Assembly (NCBI GenBank): GCA_049472335.1
Contig: JBLIRO010000015.1
Span: 1-64,000, forward strand
Direction: 5' to 3'
Length of the DNA: 64,000 nt
DNA from: a bacterium
GTDB lineage: Bacteria; SZUA-182; DTGQ01; JAFGSM01
Made by a program: the position numbers and the translations under genes. Below are positions 1-13,100 of the stretch, piece after piece; position 1 is the first letter of the stretch; the number at the start of each line of letters is the position of its first letter. The notes under the pieces are model-generated. The model was not told where the DNA came from, did not search any database, and saw nothing but the letters and a program-made list of their open reading frames with translations.

Positions 1-247
1 CATGGAGCATATACTGAAGAATGTACATGAGATAACAGGTACAGGGACACTTTTCCCGGACGAGGCAGGAAATCCGGTGCTCCATATGCATATGGCCTGC
101 GGCAGAAAATCATCCACTGTAACCGGATGTGTCAGAAAGGGAGTGAAGGTATGGTTCATCATGGAGGTTATCCTGTTTGAACTGATTGAGTCAACAGGGG
201 TGCGTGCCTTTGATCCCGAAACAGGTTTTAATCTGCTGGAACCATAA
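1..247 (+). CDS. PPC (DUF296) domain protein, 5'-truncated by window edge
   Basis: HEITGTGTLF...PVLHMHMACG...TGC...MEV pattern typical of PPC/DUF296 proteins. Confidence 0.75.
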   Translation, partial: MEHILKNVHEITGTGTLFPDEAGNPVLHMHMACGRKSSTVTGCVRKGVKVWFIMEVILFELIESTGVRAFDPETGFNLLEP

Positions 248-354
248 TATATTCTTAATATTGCTTATCCGACGCCTGACATTTTATTTTGATTTTTTAT
301 GGAAGCTTGTTTAAAAAGAGGATTTCGGTAATAGACAGGTAAATAATACAAAGC

Positions 355-395
355 AAAAAAGCCCTTGAAAGTAAACCTGCTTAAAAGGGCTTTTT
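355..395. terminator. Bidirectional intrinsic terminator
   Basis: AAAAAAGCCCTT...AAGGGCTTTTT inverted repeat flanked by A/T tracts between convergent genes. Confidence 0.7.
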
Positions 396-414
396 AAATA
401 TATTGGCGTTTTTA

Positions 415-744
415 TCAAAAAATAAATGGTACTAATCCAAATGAGGACAATAGGTCGGGATTTGACTTGTCGAATTTGACTCTCTTTCCGTATGCATCAT
501 AAACTGAGCTATTCGACCTGCCATACAAGCCAAGCCCGCCGACAACCTTTAAAACTGAGTTATCTGACCTGCCATACAGCCCGCCATACCCGCCGACAAC
601 CTTTAAAACTGAGTTATCTGATCTGCCATACAGCCCGCTATACAAGGAACCGCCACCAGCCGGCAGCTTGGCAGTGCCGAGAAGAAGTATTACTGCTGAA
701 GCTATTAATACAACAACTAACTTAACTAAAACCTTCGATTTCAT
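415..744 (-). CDS. Small secreted Gly/Tyr-rich repeat protein
   Basis: SD AAGGAGG upstream; basic + hydrophobic N-terminus; about 2.5 copies of GLYGRSDNSVLKVVGG. Confidence 0.75.
   Translation of the reverse strand: MKSKVLVKLVVVLIASAVILLLGTAKLPAGGGSLYSGLYGRSDNSVLKVVGGYGGLYGRSDNSVLKVVGGLGLYGRSNSSVYDAYGKRVKFDKSNPDLLSSFGLVPFIF
500..636 (-). repeat. Intragenic 51-54 bp tandem repeat, about 2.5 copies
   Basis: cccgccgacaacctttaaaactgagttatctga occurs twice; a third diverged copy aaactgagctattcgacctgccataca. Confidence 0.85.
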
Positions 745-1170
745 TTCTTGCCTCCTTTAAAGCTAATAAATCAATAAAATTGTCTCTTTGCATCCCGTTC
801 GCGAAAGGATTTTGGCTTTCTGATCCAATAGACGCAAAAAAATTGTTTTTTCCCCTTTGGATTATTTGGGCTGGCCTGGTTAAGAAAAGGAAAAGCCTTA
901 GGGGGTAAAACCGCCTTTGTAAGAAGAATACTTAATCCTCAATGACATTTTCATATTTGCATATAAAGTTTATTTATAGTTCTGCCGATATAATAATGAA
1001 TACTCTCTGCATACTTAAAAACCCCTGAAATGGAGGTAAAAATGGTAGCAGGAAAAGAGGCCGGAGTAAAAAAGATTTTATATGCTTGCTCCTTATCCAC
1101 CTGGAAGTTCATCAACCCTATCCCTACTTTTATTATCCATATTATCCAACAACCTTAAAAAAGGAATATA

Positions 1171-4100
1171 ATGAAAGTCAAAATCATTGACTATGTTCAT
1201 AACAAGAGAAACTTCTTTTGTTTGAAGCTTAAGACTTTAATACCTTTATTAATTTACACGATATTTATCTCATTTTTTCTTATTGGAAGCGTGATTTCCG
1301 CATCAGCAGAGCCTGAGGTGAACTGGACAATAGCCAGTCAGAACAGAACTGAAGATGTTGGCATTATGACAGTAACTGCACAGCTTTCCGAGACTTCACT
1401 GCTTGATGTAATTGTTCCCTTCAGTATTTCAGGCACAGCAGGCTTCAATGATTATACAATTACACCAAGTCCTGTTGTCATCCCGGCCGGATTGTTCTGG
1501 GCAAATATAACAATTACTGTAATGGATGACAGCATTGACGAGTATGGTGAGACCGTCATTGTGACCATGGGGTCTCCCATCAATGCCACGAAGGGCGCAA
1601 TTGACGAACACACAGCCACTATAACGGATAATGATGCGCAGCCGGTAGTGAACTGGACAGCAGGGAGCCAGAGTGGCCCCGAAGGTGTGGGCATAATGAC
1701 AATAATAGTTCAGCTTTCAGCGGTATCAGGGCTAAATGTAACCGTACCCTTTAGTATCTCCGGAATGGCAACTGACCCTGATGATTACACAATAACCGGT
1801 AGCCCTGTCTTAATCCCGGCCGGATCGCTTTCAACAAATATAATCATTACGGTGGCAGAAGATAGCATTGATGAGAATGATGAGACAGTAATAGTGACCA
1901 TGGACGCTCCCACCAATGCAACACAGGGGGGCATCGATGTGCATACGGCCACCATAACGGATAATGACCCTCAGCCGGTAGTTAACTGGACTGCAGGTAG
2001 CCAGATTAGTGCCGAAGACGTGGGCACAATGACAATAACCGCCCAGCTTTCAGCGGTATCAGGGCTAAACGTAACCGTGCCCTTCTTTATTTCCGGCACG
2101 GCAACCAATCCCGATGATTACACCATATCCGGGAGTCCTATAATAATTCCGGCAGGATCGCTATCGACAAATATAACCATAACTGTAGAGGATGACAGTA
2201 TAGATGAGAATGATGAAACCGTGATAGTAACAATGGTTGCCCCTACTAATGCCATAAAGGGGAGTACCGATGAACACACAGCCACCATAACGGACAATGA
2301 TGCACAGCCGGTGGTGAACTGGACATCAGCGAGTCAAAGCAGGACCGAAGGCGTGGGTGTAATGATAGTAACAGCCCAGCTTTCGGCAGTATCAGGGCTA
2401 AATGTGACCGTACCCTTTAGTGTTTCGGGCATGGCAACCAATCCTGATGATTACACAATAACCGGGAGCCCTATAATAATCCCGGCAGGGTCGGTTTCAA
2501 CAAATATAATCATTCCTGTTGTGGATGACAGTACAGATGAGAATGATGAAACAGTGATAGTAACAATGGGTTCTCCAACCAATGCCACTAAAGGTCCCCT
2601 TGAAGAACACACAGCCACCATAACGGACAACGACGATCAGCCTGAGGTTAACTGGACGGCAGGGAGCCAGAGCCGAACCGAAGGTGTGGGGACAATGACC
2701 GTAACAGCTCAGCTTTCCTCTACCTCGGCATTTGATGTAACCATACCCTTCAGTATTTCGGGTACGGCACAAGACCCCGATGATTATTCATCTACGGCAA
2801 GTCCTGTTTTCATCCCAGCCGGATCTCCTTCAGCCAATATAACCATTACGGTGGTGGATGACGCTTTTGATGAGAACAATGAGACAGTGATCATAACAAT
2901 GGGCGTTCCTACAAATGCCACAAAGGGTTCCACGAATATTCATACAGCCACTATTGTAGACAACGACGCATCGCCCGAGATTAACTGGACTGCTGGCAGT
3001 CAGAATGAAGCCGAGAGTGTTGGCACAATGACAATAACAGCCCAGCTTTCAGCAATTTCAGAGCTTGATGTCACCATTCCTTATAATATTTCAGGTACAG
3101 CAACCAATCCCGATGATTTTTCGATAACCGGGAGCCCTATAATGATACCGGCCGGTTCACTCACAACAAACATAACCATAACAGTAACGGATGACAGCAT
3201 AGATGAAAATGATGAAACGGTAATAGTGACCATGGGAGCCCCCACCAATGCAACGCAAGGTCCCATTGATGTCCACACTGCCGCCATAACGGACAACGAT
3301 GCGCAGCCTGTAGTGAACTGGACATCAGCGAGTCAGAGCGGGGCTGAGGGTGTGGGCACAATGACGATAACAGCGCAGCTTTCAGCGATATCAGGGCTAA
3401 ATGTGACCGTACCCTACAGCGTTTCAGGCACGGCAACCAATCCCGATGATTATACCATAACGGGCAGCCCTGTCATGATAGCGGCCGGGACGCTTTCAAC
3501 AAATATAACCATAACGGTAACGGATGACGGCATAGATGAAAATGACGAGACAGTAATAGTGACCATGGGAGCCCCTACCAATGCAATACAGGGAGGCACC
3601 AATGTGCACACTGCCACCATAACGGACAACGATGCGCAGCCTATAGTGAACTGGACATCAGCAAGTCAGAGCGGGGCTGAAGGCGTGGGCACAATGACGA
3701 TAACAGCGCAGCTTTCAGCGGTATCAGGGCTAAATGTGACCGTGCCCTACAGCGTTTCAGGCATGGCAACCAATCCCGATGATTTCACCATAACCGGAAG
3801 TCCTGTCATGATACCTGCTGGGACGCTTTCAACAAACATAACCATAACAGTAACGGATGACGGCATAGACGAAAACGATGAGACAGTAATAGTGACCATG
3901 GGAGCCCCCACCAATGCAACGCAGGGTGCCATTGATGTTCACACAGCCACCATAACGGACAATGACGCGCAGCCTGTGGTGAGCTGGACATCAGCGAGTC
4001 AGAGCGGTGCCGAGGGCGTGGGCACAATGACGATAACAGCGCAGCTTTCAGCGGTATCAGGGCTAAATGTGACCGTGCCCTACAGCGTTTCAGGCACGGC

Positions 4101-7100
4101 AACCAATCCCGATGATTTCACCATAACCGGAAGTCCTGTCATGATACCTGCCGGGACGCTTTCAACAAACATAACCATAACGGTAGCGGATGACGGCATA
4201 GACGAAAACGACGAGACAGTAATAGTGACCATGGGAGCCCCCACCAATGCAACGCAGGGAGGTACCAATGTTCACACTGCAACCATAACGGACAATGATG
4301 CACAGCCGGTAGTGAACTGGACTGCAGGGAGTCAGAGCGGTGCCGAGGGCGTGGGCATGATGACGATAACGGCACAGCTTTCGGCGGTATCAGGGCTAAA
4401 TGTGACCATTCCTTTCACTGTATCAGGCACGGCAGCCGATCCGGATGATTACACGATAACCGGGAGCCCAATCATGATAGCGGCCGGGACGCTCTCAACA
4501 GACATAACCATAACGGTAGCAGATGACAGCATAGACGAGAATAACGAGACAATTATAGTGACCATGAGCGCTCCTACCAATGCAACACAGGGAGGCACCA
4601 ATGTTCACACAGCCACCATAACGGACAATGATGCACAGCCGGTAGTGAACTGGACTGCAGGGAGTCAGAGCGGTGCCGAGGGCGTGGGCACGATGACGAT
4701 AATGGCACAGCTTTCGGCGGTATCAGGGCTAAATGTGACCATTCCTTTCACTGTATCAGGCACGGCAGCCGATCCGGATGATTACACGATAACCGGGAGC
4801 CCAATCATGATAGCGGCCGGGACGCTTTCAACAAATATAACCATAACGGTAGCGGATGACGGCATAGATGAAAATGACGAGACAGTGATATTGACCATGG
4901 GAGCCCCCACCAATGCAACACAAGGCCCCATTGATGTTCACACTGCCACCATAACGGACAATGACGCGCAGCCTGTGGTGATCTGGACATCAGCGAGTCA
5001 GAGCGGGGCCGAAGGCGTAGGCACAATGACGATAACAGCCCAGCTTTCAGCGATATCAGGGCTAAATGTGACCGTACCCTACAGCGTTTCAGGCACGGCA
5101 AGCAATCCGGATGATTATACCATAACCGGAAGTCCTGTCATGATATCTGCCGGGACGCTTTCAACGAACATAACCATAACGGTAGCGGATGATGGCATAT
5201 ACGAGAATGACGAGACAGTAATAGTGACCATGGGAGCCCCCACCAATGCAACGCAGGGTGCCATTGATGTTCACACTGCCACCATAACGGACAATGACGC
5301 GCAGCCTGTGGTGATCTGGACATCAGCGAGTCAGAGCGGGGCCGAAGGCGTGGGCACAATGACTATAACGGCCCAGCTTTCGGCGGTTTCAGGGCTAAAT
5401 GTAACTATACCCTTCAGCGTTTCAGGCACGGCAAGCAATCCCGATGATTATACCATAACCGGCAGCCCTGTCATGATACCTGCCGGGATGCTTTCAACGA
5501 ACATAACCATAACGGTAGCGGATGACGGCATATACGAGAATGACGAGACAGTAATAGTGACCATGGGAGCCCCCACCAATTCAGCGCAGGGCCCCATTGA
5601 TGTTCACACTGCCACCATAACGGACAATGACGCGCAGCCTGTGGTGAGTTGGACAACAGGTAGCCAGAGCAGGGCTGAAAGTATTGGGACAATGACAATA
5701 ACAGCGCAGTTGTCAACGGTGTCAGGACTAAACGTGACCGTACCTTTCAGTATTTCTGGCACGGCAACCAATCCTGATGATTATACAATTACAGCAAGCC
5801 CTATTATCATACCTGCCGGATCTTTATCAGCTAATTTAATCGTTACAGTAGTGGATGATATCATTGATGAGGGTGATGAGACAGTAATAGTGACTATGGG
5901 CGCGCCCACCAATGCAACAAAGGGGGGCACCGATGTTCATACAGCCACCATCAATGACAATAATGCTCAACCAGTAGTGAACTGGACAGCAGGGAGCCAG
6001 AGCAGAGGGGAAAGTATAGGCACAATAACGATAACCGCTCAGCTTTCAGTTGTATCAGGCCTCAATGTGACCATACCCTTTACTGTTTCAGGTACGGCAA
6101 CAGATCCCGACGATTATACCATAACGGGGAGCCCTGTCATGATACCGGCGGGAACGCTCACGACAAACATAACCATAACGGTAGCGGATGACAGCATAGA
6201 TGAGAATGATGAGACAGTGATAGTGACCATGGGCGCCCCCACTAATGCAACGCAGGGCGCCATCGATGTTCACACGGCTACTATAATAGACAACGAAGCT
6301 CAGCCGGTGGTGAACTGGACAGAAGTGAATCAAACCGGAGACGAAGGTATAGGCACAATGACGATAACCGCCCAGCTTTCAGTGGTATCGGGGCTTGATG
6401 TAACCGTTCCTTTCAATGTTTCCGGTACACCAACCGATCCGAATAATTATACGATTACCGCCAGCCCTGTCACAATCCCCGCAGGAACTCTGTCAACCAG
6501 TGTAACCATTACGGTGGTGGATGACAACATTGATGAGAATGATAATACCATTATAGTGACAATAGACTCTCCTACCAATGCCACGACAGGTGTCACGGAT
6601 GTTCACACAGCCATCATAACCGACAATGACCTGCCTCCTGAGGTGAACTGGACTGCAGGAAGCCAGAGTGGTGCCGAAGGAGCGGGCACGATGACCATAA
6701 CAGCGCAGCTTTCAACCATTTCAGGACTCAACGTGACCATACCCTTCAGTGTTTCAGGTACGGCAACAAATCCCGACGATTACACCATAACCGGAAGCTC
6801 AATTATGATACCCGCAAGATCGCTCTCAAGAAACATAACCATAACGGTAGTAGATGACGGCATAGACGAGAATGATGAGACTGTGATAGTGACTATGGGA
6901 GCACCCACAAATGGAATACAGGGGGGCACTAATATACACACGGCTACCATAACGGACAACGATGCTCAGCCTGAGGTGAACTGGACTGCAGGGAGCCAGA
7001 GTGGTGCCGAAGACGCGGGCACTATGACCATAACAGCACAGCTTTCAGGGGTGTCAGGACTCAACGTGACCTTGCCCTTCATTGTTTCGGGCACGGCAAC

Positions 7101-10100
7101 AGATCCGGATGATTACACCATAACGGGCAGCCCGGTAGTGATACCTGCCGGGACACTTACGACAAATGTGATCATAACGGTAGCGGATGACGGTATAGAC
7201 GAGAATGATGAGACAGTTATAGTGACCATGGGCGCCCCCACCAATGCAACACAGGGTCCCACTAATTTGCACAGTGCTACCATAACGGACAATGACGCTC
7301 AGCCGGTAGTGAGCTGGGCTACAGGTAGTCAGAGCAGTTCCGAGGGCGTGGGCACGATGACGATAACAGCACAGCTTTCAGCGGTGTCAGGACTGAACGT
7401 GACCATACCCTTCAGTATTTCGGGCACGGCAGCCGATCCGGATGATTACACGATAACCGGGAGCCCTGTCGTGATAGCGGCCGGGATGCTCACAACAGAC
7501 ATAACCATAACGATAGCGGATGACAGTATAGATGAAAATGACGAGACCGTGATAGTAACCATGGGCGCCCCCACCAATGCAACCCAGGGGGGCACCGTTG
7601 TGCACACTTCAACCATAACTGACAATGACGCTCAGCCGGTAGTGAACTGGACTGCGGGGGGGCAGAGCGGGGCCGAGGGCGTGGGTACGATGACGATAAC
7701 AGCCCAACTTTCGGCGGTATCAGGGCTCAATGTGACCATACCCTTCACTGTGTCGGGCACAGCAGCCGATCCGGATGATTACACGATAACCGGGAGCCCG
7801 GTCATGATAGCGGCCGGGACGCTTTCAACAAACATAACCATAACGGTAACGGATGACAGTATAGATGAGAATGACGAGACCGTGATAGTTGCCATGGGCG
7901 TTCCCGTCAATGCAACACAGGGTGTTACAGATGAACATACTGTCAACATTATGGATAACGATACACAACCCGAGGTGAATTGGACAATAATCAGTCAAAA
8001 CAGAACTGAAAGCGTGGGCACAATGACAATAACCGCCCGGCTTTCCTTTACTTCAGGGCTTGATGTAACCATACCCTTCAGTGTTTCGGGCCCGGCAACC
8101 GACCCGGATGATTACACGATAACGGACACCCCGGTCATCATACCGGCCGGGTCGATCTCAACAAACATAACCATTACGGTAACTGATGACGGCATTGACG
8201 AGGATGACGAGACCGTGATAGTAACCATGGGCGCTCCAACCAATGCAGTAAAGGGTGCAACCGATGTGCACACAGCAATTATTACAGATAACGATGCACA
8301 GGCAGAGGTGAACTGGACGGCGGGGAGCCAGAGCGGGGCCGAAGGTGTGGGTACAATGACAATAACGGCACAGCTTTCCTCTGTCTCAGGGCTTGATGTA
8401 TATGTTCCCTTTAGTATTTCCGGCACTGGAATAGACCCCAATGATTACACAATCACAGCAAGTCCAATTTTCATTCCATCCGGTTCACTCTCGGCTGATA
8501 TAACTATCACTTTGGTGGATGATGAGATTAATGAAAATGATGAGAACATAATTTTGAATATGGGTGCTCCCATTAATGCAATTCAGGGCAGTACCAATGT
8601 GCACACAGCCACTATTATAGATAACGATGCGCAGCCTGAGGTGAACTGGACGGCGGGGAGCCAGAGCGGGGACGAAGGTGTGGGCACAATGACAATAACG
8701 GTTGAGCTTTCGGAAGTCTCGGGTCTTGACGTAACCATCCCCTTTATTGTTTCGGGCATACCAACCGATCCTAACAACTATACGATCACAGGGAGCCCGG
8801 TCACAATTCCCGCCGGATCTCTATCCGCTGATATAACAATCACGGTGGTCGATGACGGTATTGATGAGAATGACGGAACAATAATAGTAACCATGGGCAC
8901 TCCGGTTAATGCCACACAGGGTGCTACCAGTGTTCACACAGCCACCATTATAGACAACGATGCACAGCCTGAGGTGAACTGGACGACAGGGAGCCAGAGC
9001 GGGGACGAAGGTGTGGGCACAATGACTATAACCGCCCAGCTTTCTGAGGTGTCGGGGCTTGATGTAACCATCCCTTTTAATGTCTCGGGCATACCAACCG
9101 ATCCTAACAACTATACGATCACAGGGAGCCCGGTCACGATTCCAGCCGGGTCTCTATCCGCCGACATAACAATCACGGTTGTGGATGACGGTATTGATGA
9201 GAATGACGGAACAATAATAGTAACCATGGGCACTCCGGTTAATGCTACACAGGGCGCTACCAATATCCACACAGCCACCATTATAGACAACGATGCGCAG
9301 CCTGAGGTGAACTGGACGACAGGGAGCCAGAGTAGAACTGAAGGTGTGGGCACAATGACAATAACCGCCCAGCTTTCTGAGGTGTCGGGGCTTGATGTAA
9401 CCATCCCTTTTAATGTCTCGGGAATACCAATTGATCCTAACAACTATACGATAACAGGGAGCCCGGTCACGATTCCTGCAGGGTCCCTATCCGCCGATAT
9501 AACAATCACGGTGGTGGATGACGGCATAGATGAAAATGACGGAACAATAATAGTAACCATGGGCACTCCGGTTAATGCCACACAGGGTGCTACCAGTGTT
9601 CACACAGCCACTATAATAGATAACGATGCACAGCCTGAGGTGGGCTGGACAACAGGGAGTCAGGAAGAAGCCGAAAACACAGGCATAACAACAGTGACAG
9701 CCGAGCTTTCCACAGTGTCAGGGCTTGAGGTAATTGTCCCGTTTAGTTTGTCCGGTTCCGCAACCAGCCCGGCAGATTACACAATCACAGCTAGCCCCGT
9801 AACAATCCCTGCAGGGTCTCTTTCAGCGAATATAACCATTACGGTGGCTGATGACAGCATTGACGAAAACGATGAGACCGTTATAATAACCATGGGCTCT
9901 CCAACCAATGCCACACAAGGTGTTACCAATGTCCATACATTCACCATCGCCGATAATGATATGGCCGGTGTTACAATTACCGAGTCGGGCGGCTCCACCG
10001 ATGTCCAGGAAGGTGGTGCCGAAGACACTTATGATTTAGTACTGGATAGCATGCCCGTTTCTGATGTAACGATTACATTGACCCCGGACATTCAAACAAC

Positions 10101-13100
10101 CGTAAATCCGGCTAGCCTAGTCTTCACCCCGGCCAATTGGAATATATCTCAGCAGATAACTGTAACGGCTGTTGATGACACCCTTGATGAGGGTCCTCAT
10201 GTATCTGTAATTATCCATGCTGCTGACAGTGCCGACCCTGAATACAATGCCCCCCCCTTTAATGGTTCAGGGAATCCATATCCTTTAACAGTAAATATCA
10301 CAGATAATGATTTGGTTAATCCGTCGAACAGCACCGTTACAGTAGACCCGTCAATTGTGGTCGCTGACGGTACGGCATTCAGCACAATAACGGTTACACT
10401 AAGGGATAAAAACGGATTGCCGGTTTCCGGAAAGATTATAATGCTCGAATCTGATCGAGGAGTTATTGATAATATTGCGCAGCCCTCCTCACCTACGGAC
10501 GTAAACGGAGTGGCTGTCGGGAGAATCAGCTCCGACTCCTTTGGTTTTGCCACCATTACCGCAACCAATACAACAGATGGGATTGTGATCCCTGAACAGC
10601 CCCAGGTGACGTTTGCCCAAAATGCCGCACTGGAGATTACAAAAACGGCAAACAAAACAAGTGTAGTGGTTGGGGATATTGTTACATATCACATAGTAAT
10701 ACGGAACACCCTCTCGAACGATGCAGTCCAGGTCCGGCTCCATGACCTCATCCCACCCAACTTCAAGTACATAAAGGGAAGCGTGAGACTGAATGGAGTC
10801 AGCATGACGGATCCTTCCGGAAATCAGAGCCTTATATTTGATATGGGTACAGTTTCTGCTTTGGCCGATAGTAATGGAAACGGTTATGCTGACCCGGAGG
10901 AGCCGGGTTATCTTGTATTGGATTATCAGCTTATAGTCGGTTCCGGGGCAAGTCCCGGAGAATATCATAATACGGCGGTTGTCAGGGATGTTTGTGGGAC
11001 ATACAACATATCCAATCAGTCAGAAGTTCCCATTACAGTAACCCTGGATCCTGTTTTCGATCTGGGGACAATCATTGGTAAGGTCTTTGAGGACAGAAAC
11101 CTTGATGGCCTGCAGGGCCCTGATGAACCAGGGATCGAAGGAATAACGGTAGTGCTGGATGATGGTGCCTATGTGCTTACGGATGAACATGGCCGCTATC
11201 ATTTCCCTGCTGTAAAGCCGGGGCACAGGATGCTAAAAATCAACCTCAATGACCAATGGGAAAGGGGGATGACCGCAACGGAAGATTCACATGTAGTATG
11301 GGTCACGCCCGGAATCCTCGCGAAAGCCAATTTTGGAGTCTCTGTCTCAAAGCAAACCGAGTCCATTGGGAGAGACCCTGAATACGGTCTGATATTGACC
11401 GGAGAGATAAATATAAATTCTTCTATGTTATTGGGTAGTGTAGAGACATTGACACTTTCAATGAACGGCCAAATTGTGGACTTACCAGGATGTGACATCC
11501 GGATGGGAGGCAAAAGGATTGAAGAAGTGGTGGAGATAAGAGGTTTCCAGCCGGACGAACCGGTTTTATTTTATACAAAAGTGGATGTCCCTGAAAAGAT
11601 AAAGAAATGGAGTATAAAAATCATAAATGACGAGGGCGGTGTAATCAGAACCATTACTGGTAATGGAAAACCAACTGAAATCATTTATTGGAACAGACGA
11701 AATGAGGCGGGACACCTGTTGGAGGGTGGGGAGATCTACCAGTACCAGATGGAAGTTGAATACACTGAAGGAAGCTATGCCACAAGCGCCCGGAGGCTAT
11801 TCACTGTCAGACAGATTAATACAATATCCATAGGATTGACAGGCGGTGCCTTCGAAATCGATTCATCCGAACTCAGCATGGAAGCCCGTAAGGCATTAAA
11901 GGAGATTGCGGAAATGCTGAGGAAATATCCTGATGAGAAGATAGCCATAGATGGATATACGGATTCCACAGGCACGGATAAACATAATTTAGAGCTTTCC
12001 AAAAAAAGGGCCGAATCGGCATTGTCTTACCTGGTGAACCAGGAAGGCATCCCGGAGAGCCGTATGGAAATAGGATTTTACGGGGAATTCAATCCTGTGG
12101 CAAGCAATGATAGCCCTGAGGGGCGCGAGCTTAATCGCCGTATAGAGATAAATGGCTCGTTCAAAGAGGTTTGGGAGGCCAAAATTCATAATCAATATAG
12201 AACCGATCCAAAAATCCTGATTGATAAGTTATCTCTAAAAGTGGACCAATATGGACGTTTCCAAACGGAACTTAAAAGAAAAAACGGTGAAGAGATCGAT
12301 GTCGAGATGAGCAATGCCCAGGGAAAATCAATACGAACAAGGATACTCATACCACCTTTTGAAATTTTGAAACCAGCCGGTGATCTGAAGCTCGCATACG
12401 GCTCAATAAAAGATGGAAACCGGGTCAATCATCCTCCCGATTCCGGTCAATGGGGCAAAGATGATGTGACAATGGTTTACCTTATTACTGGCCGGACCGA
12501 TCCCGGAAACATTGTTGAGTTAGAAAACAGACCTGTAGTAGTGGAACCGGATGGTAATTTTTCTGTTTATGTTGATCTTAAATTGGGGAAAAATATATTT
12601 GGATCTATGGTTAAAGATCCTTCCGGATGCACAACCCTGGCCAATCTTATTTTGATGGTTAAGGATAAAGATGAGAGTGGAAGCAAAATCATAGTAGTGG
12701 ATCCTGTCCCAAGGCTTACAGTCAACTTGCCTCCAGGAGGATCAAATTTAACAAGCACAATCTTCTCTATTTCCGGGAATACAGACCCTGCCAATAAGAT
12801 TCTGGTCAATGAAAAGCCGGTGCCTTTGGAATCTGATGGGAGCTTCACTTACACAGTGCAGTTACCGGAAGAAAAGGGCCGCCTTGCCGTTAAGGTTGAG
12901 GACCCTCAAGGTTACAGCGGTTCAATTGAACGGGATGTAAAAGTGAAAAAGAACCATCTCTTTTTCCTCGCATTTGCTGATGGGAAGGTGGGAATGCTTC
13001 ATGGCAGAGGTCATCTGCAGGGTGCCGGAATGGATGAAAAGACGGAATTTTTTACTGAAGGTCGTGTTGCCTATTACCTCAAAGGGGTTATAGCCGGCAA

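Noticed and set aside
500..636. Short direct repeats as a possible CRISPR array
   Set aside because: Repeats are contiguous, in frame within an ORF, have no unique spacers, and no cas genes are present
1042..1158. 38-codon ORF with SD GGAGG upstream of the giant gene; another frame reads PYPYFYYPYYP
   Set aside because: No recognisable features, and the PY-like frame has no good start; cannot be supported without conservation data
1429..10028. Many recurring antisense ORFs within the giant gene
   Set aside because: Shadows of the 333-bp coding repeat
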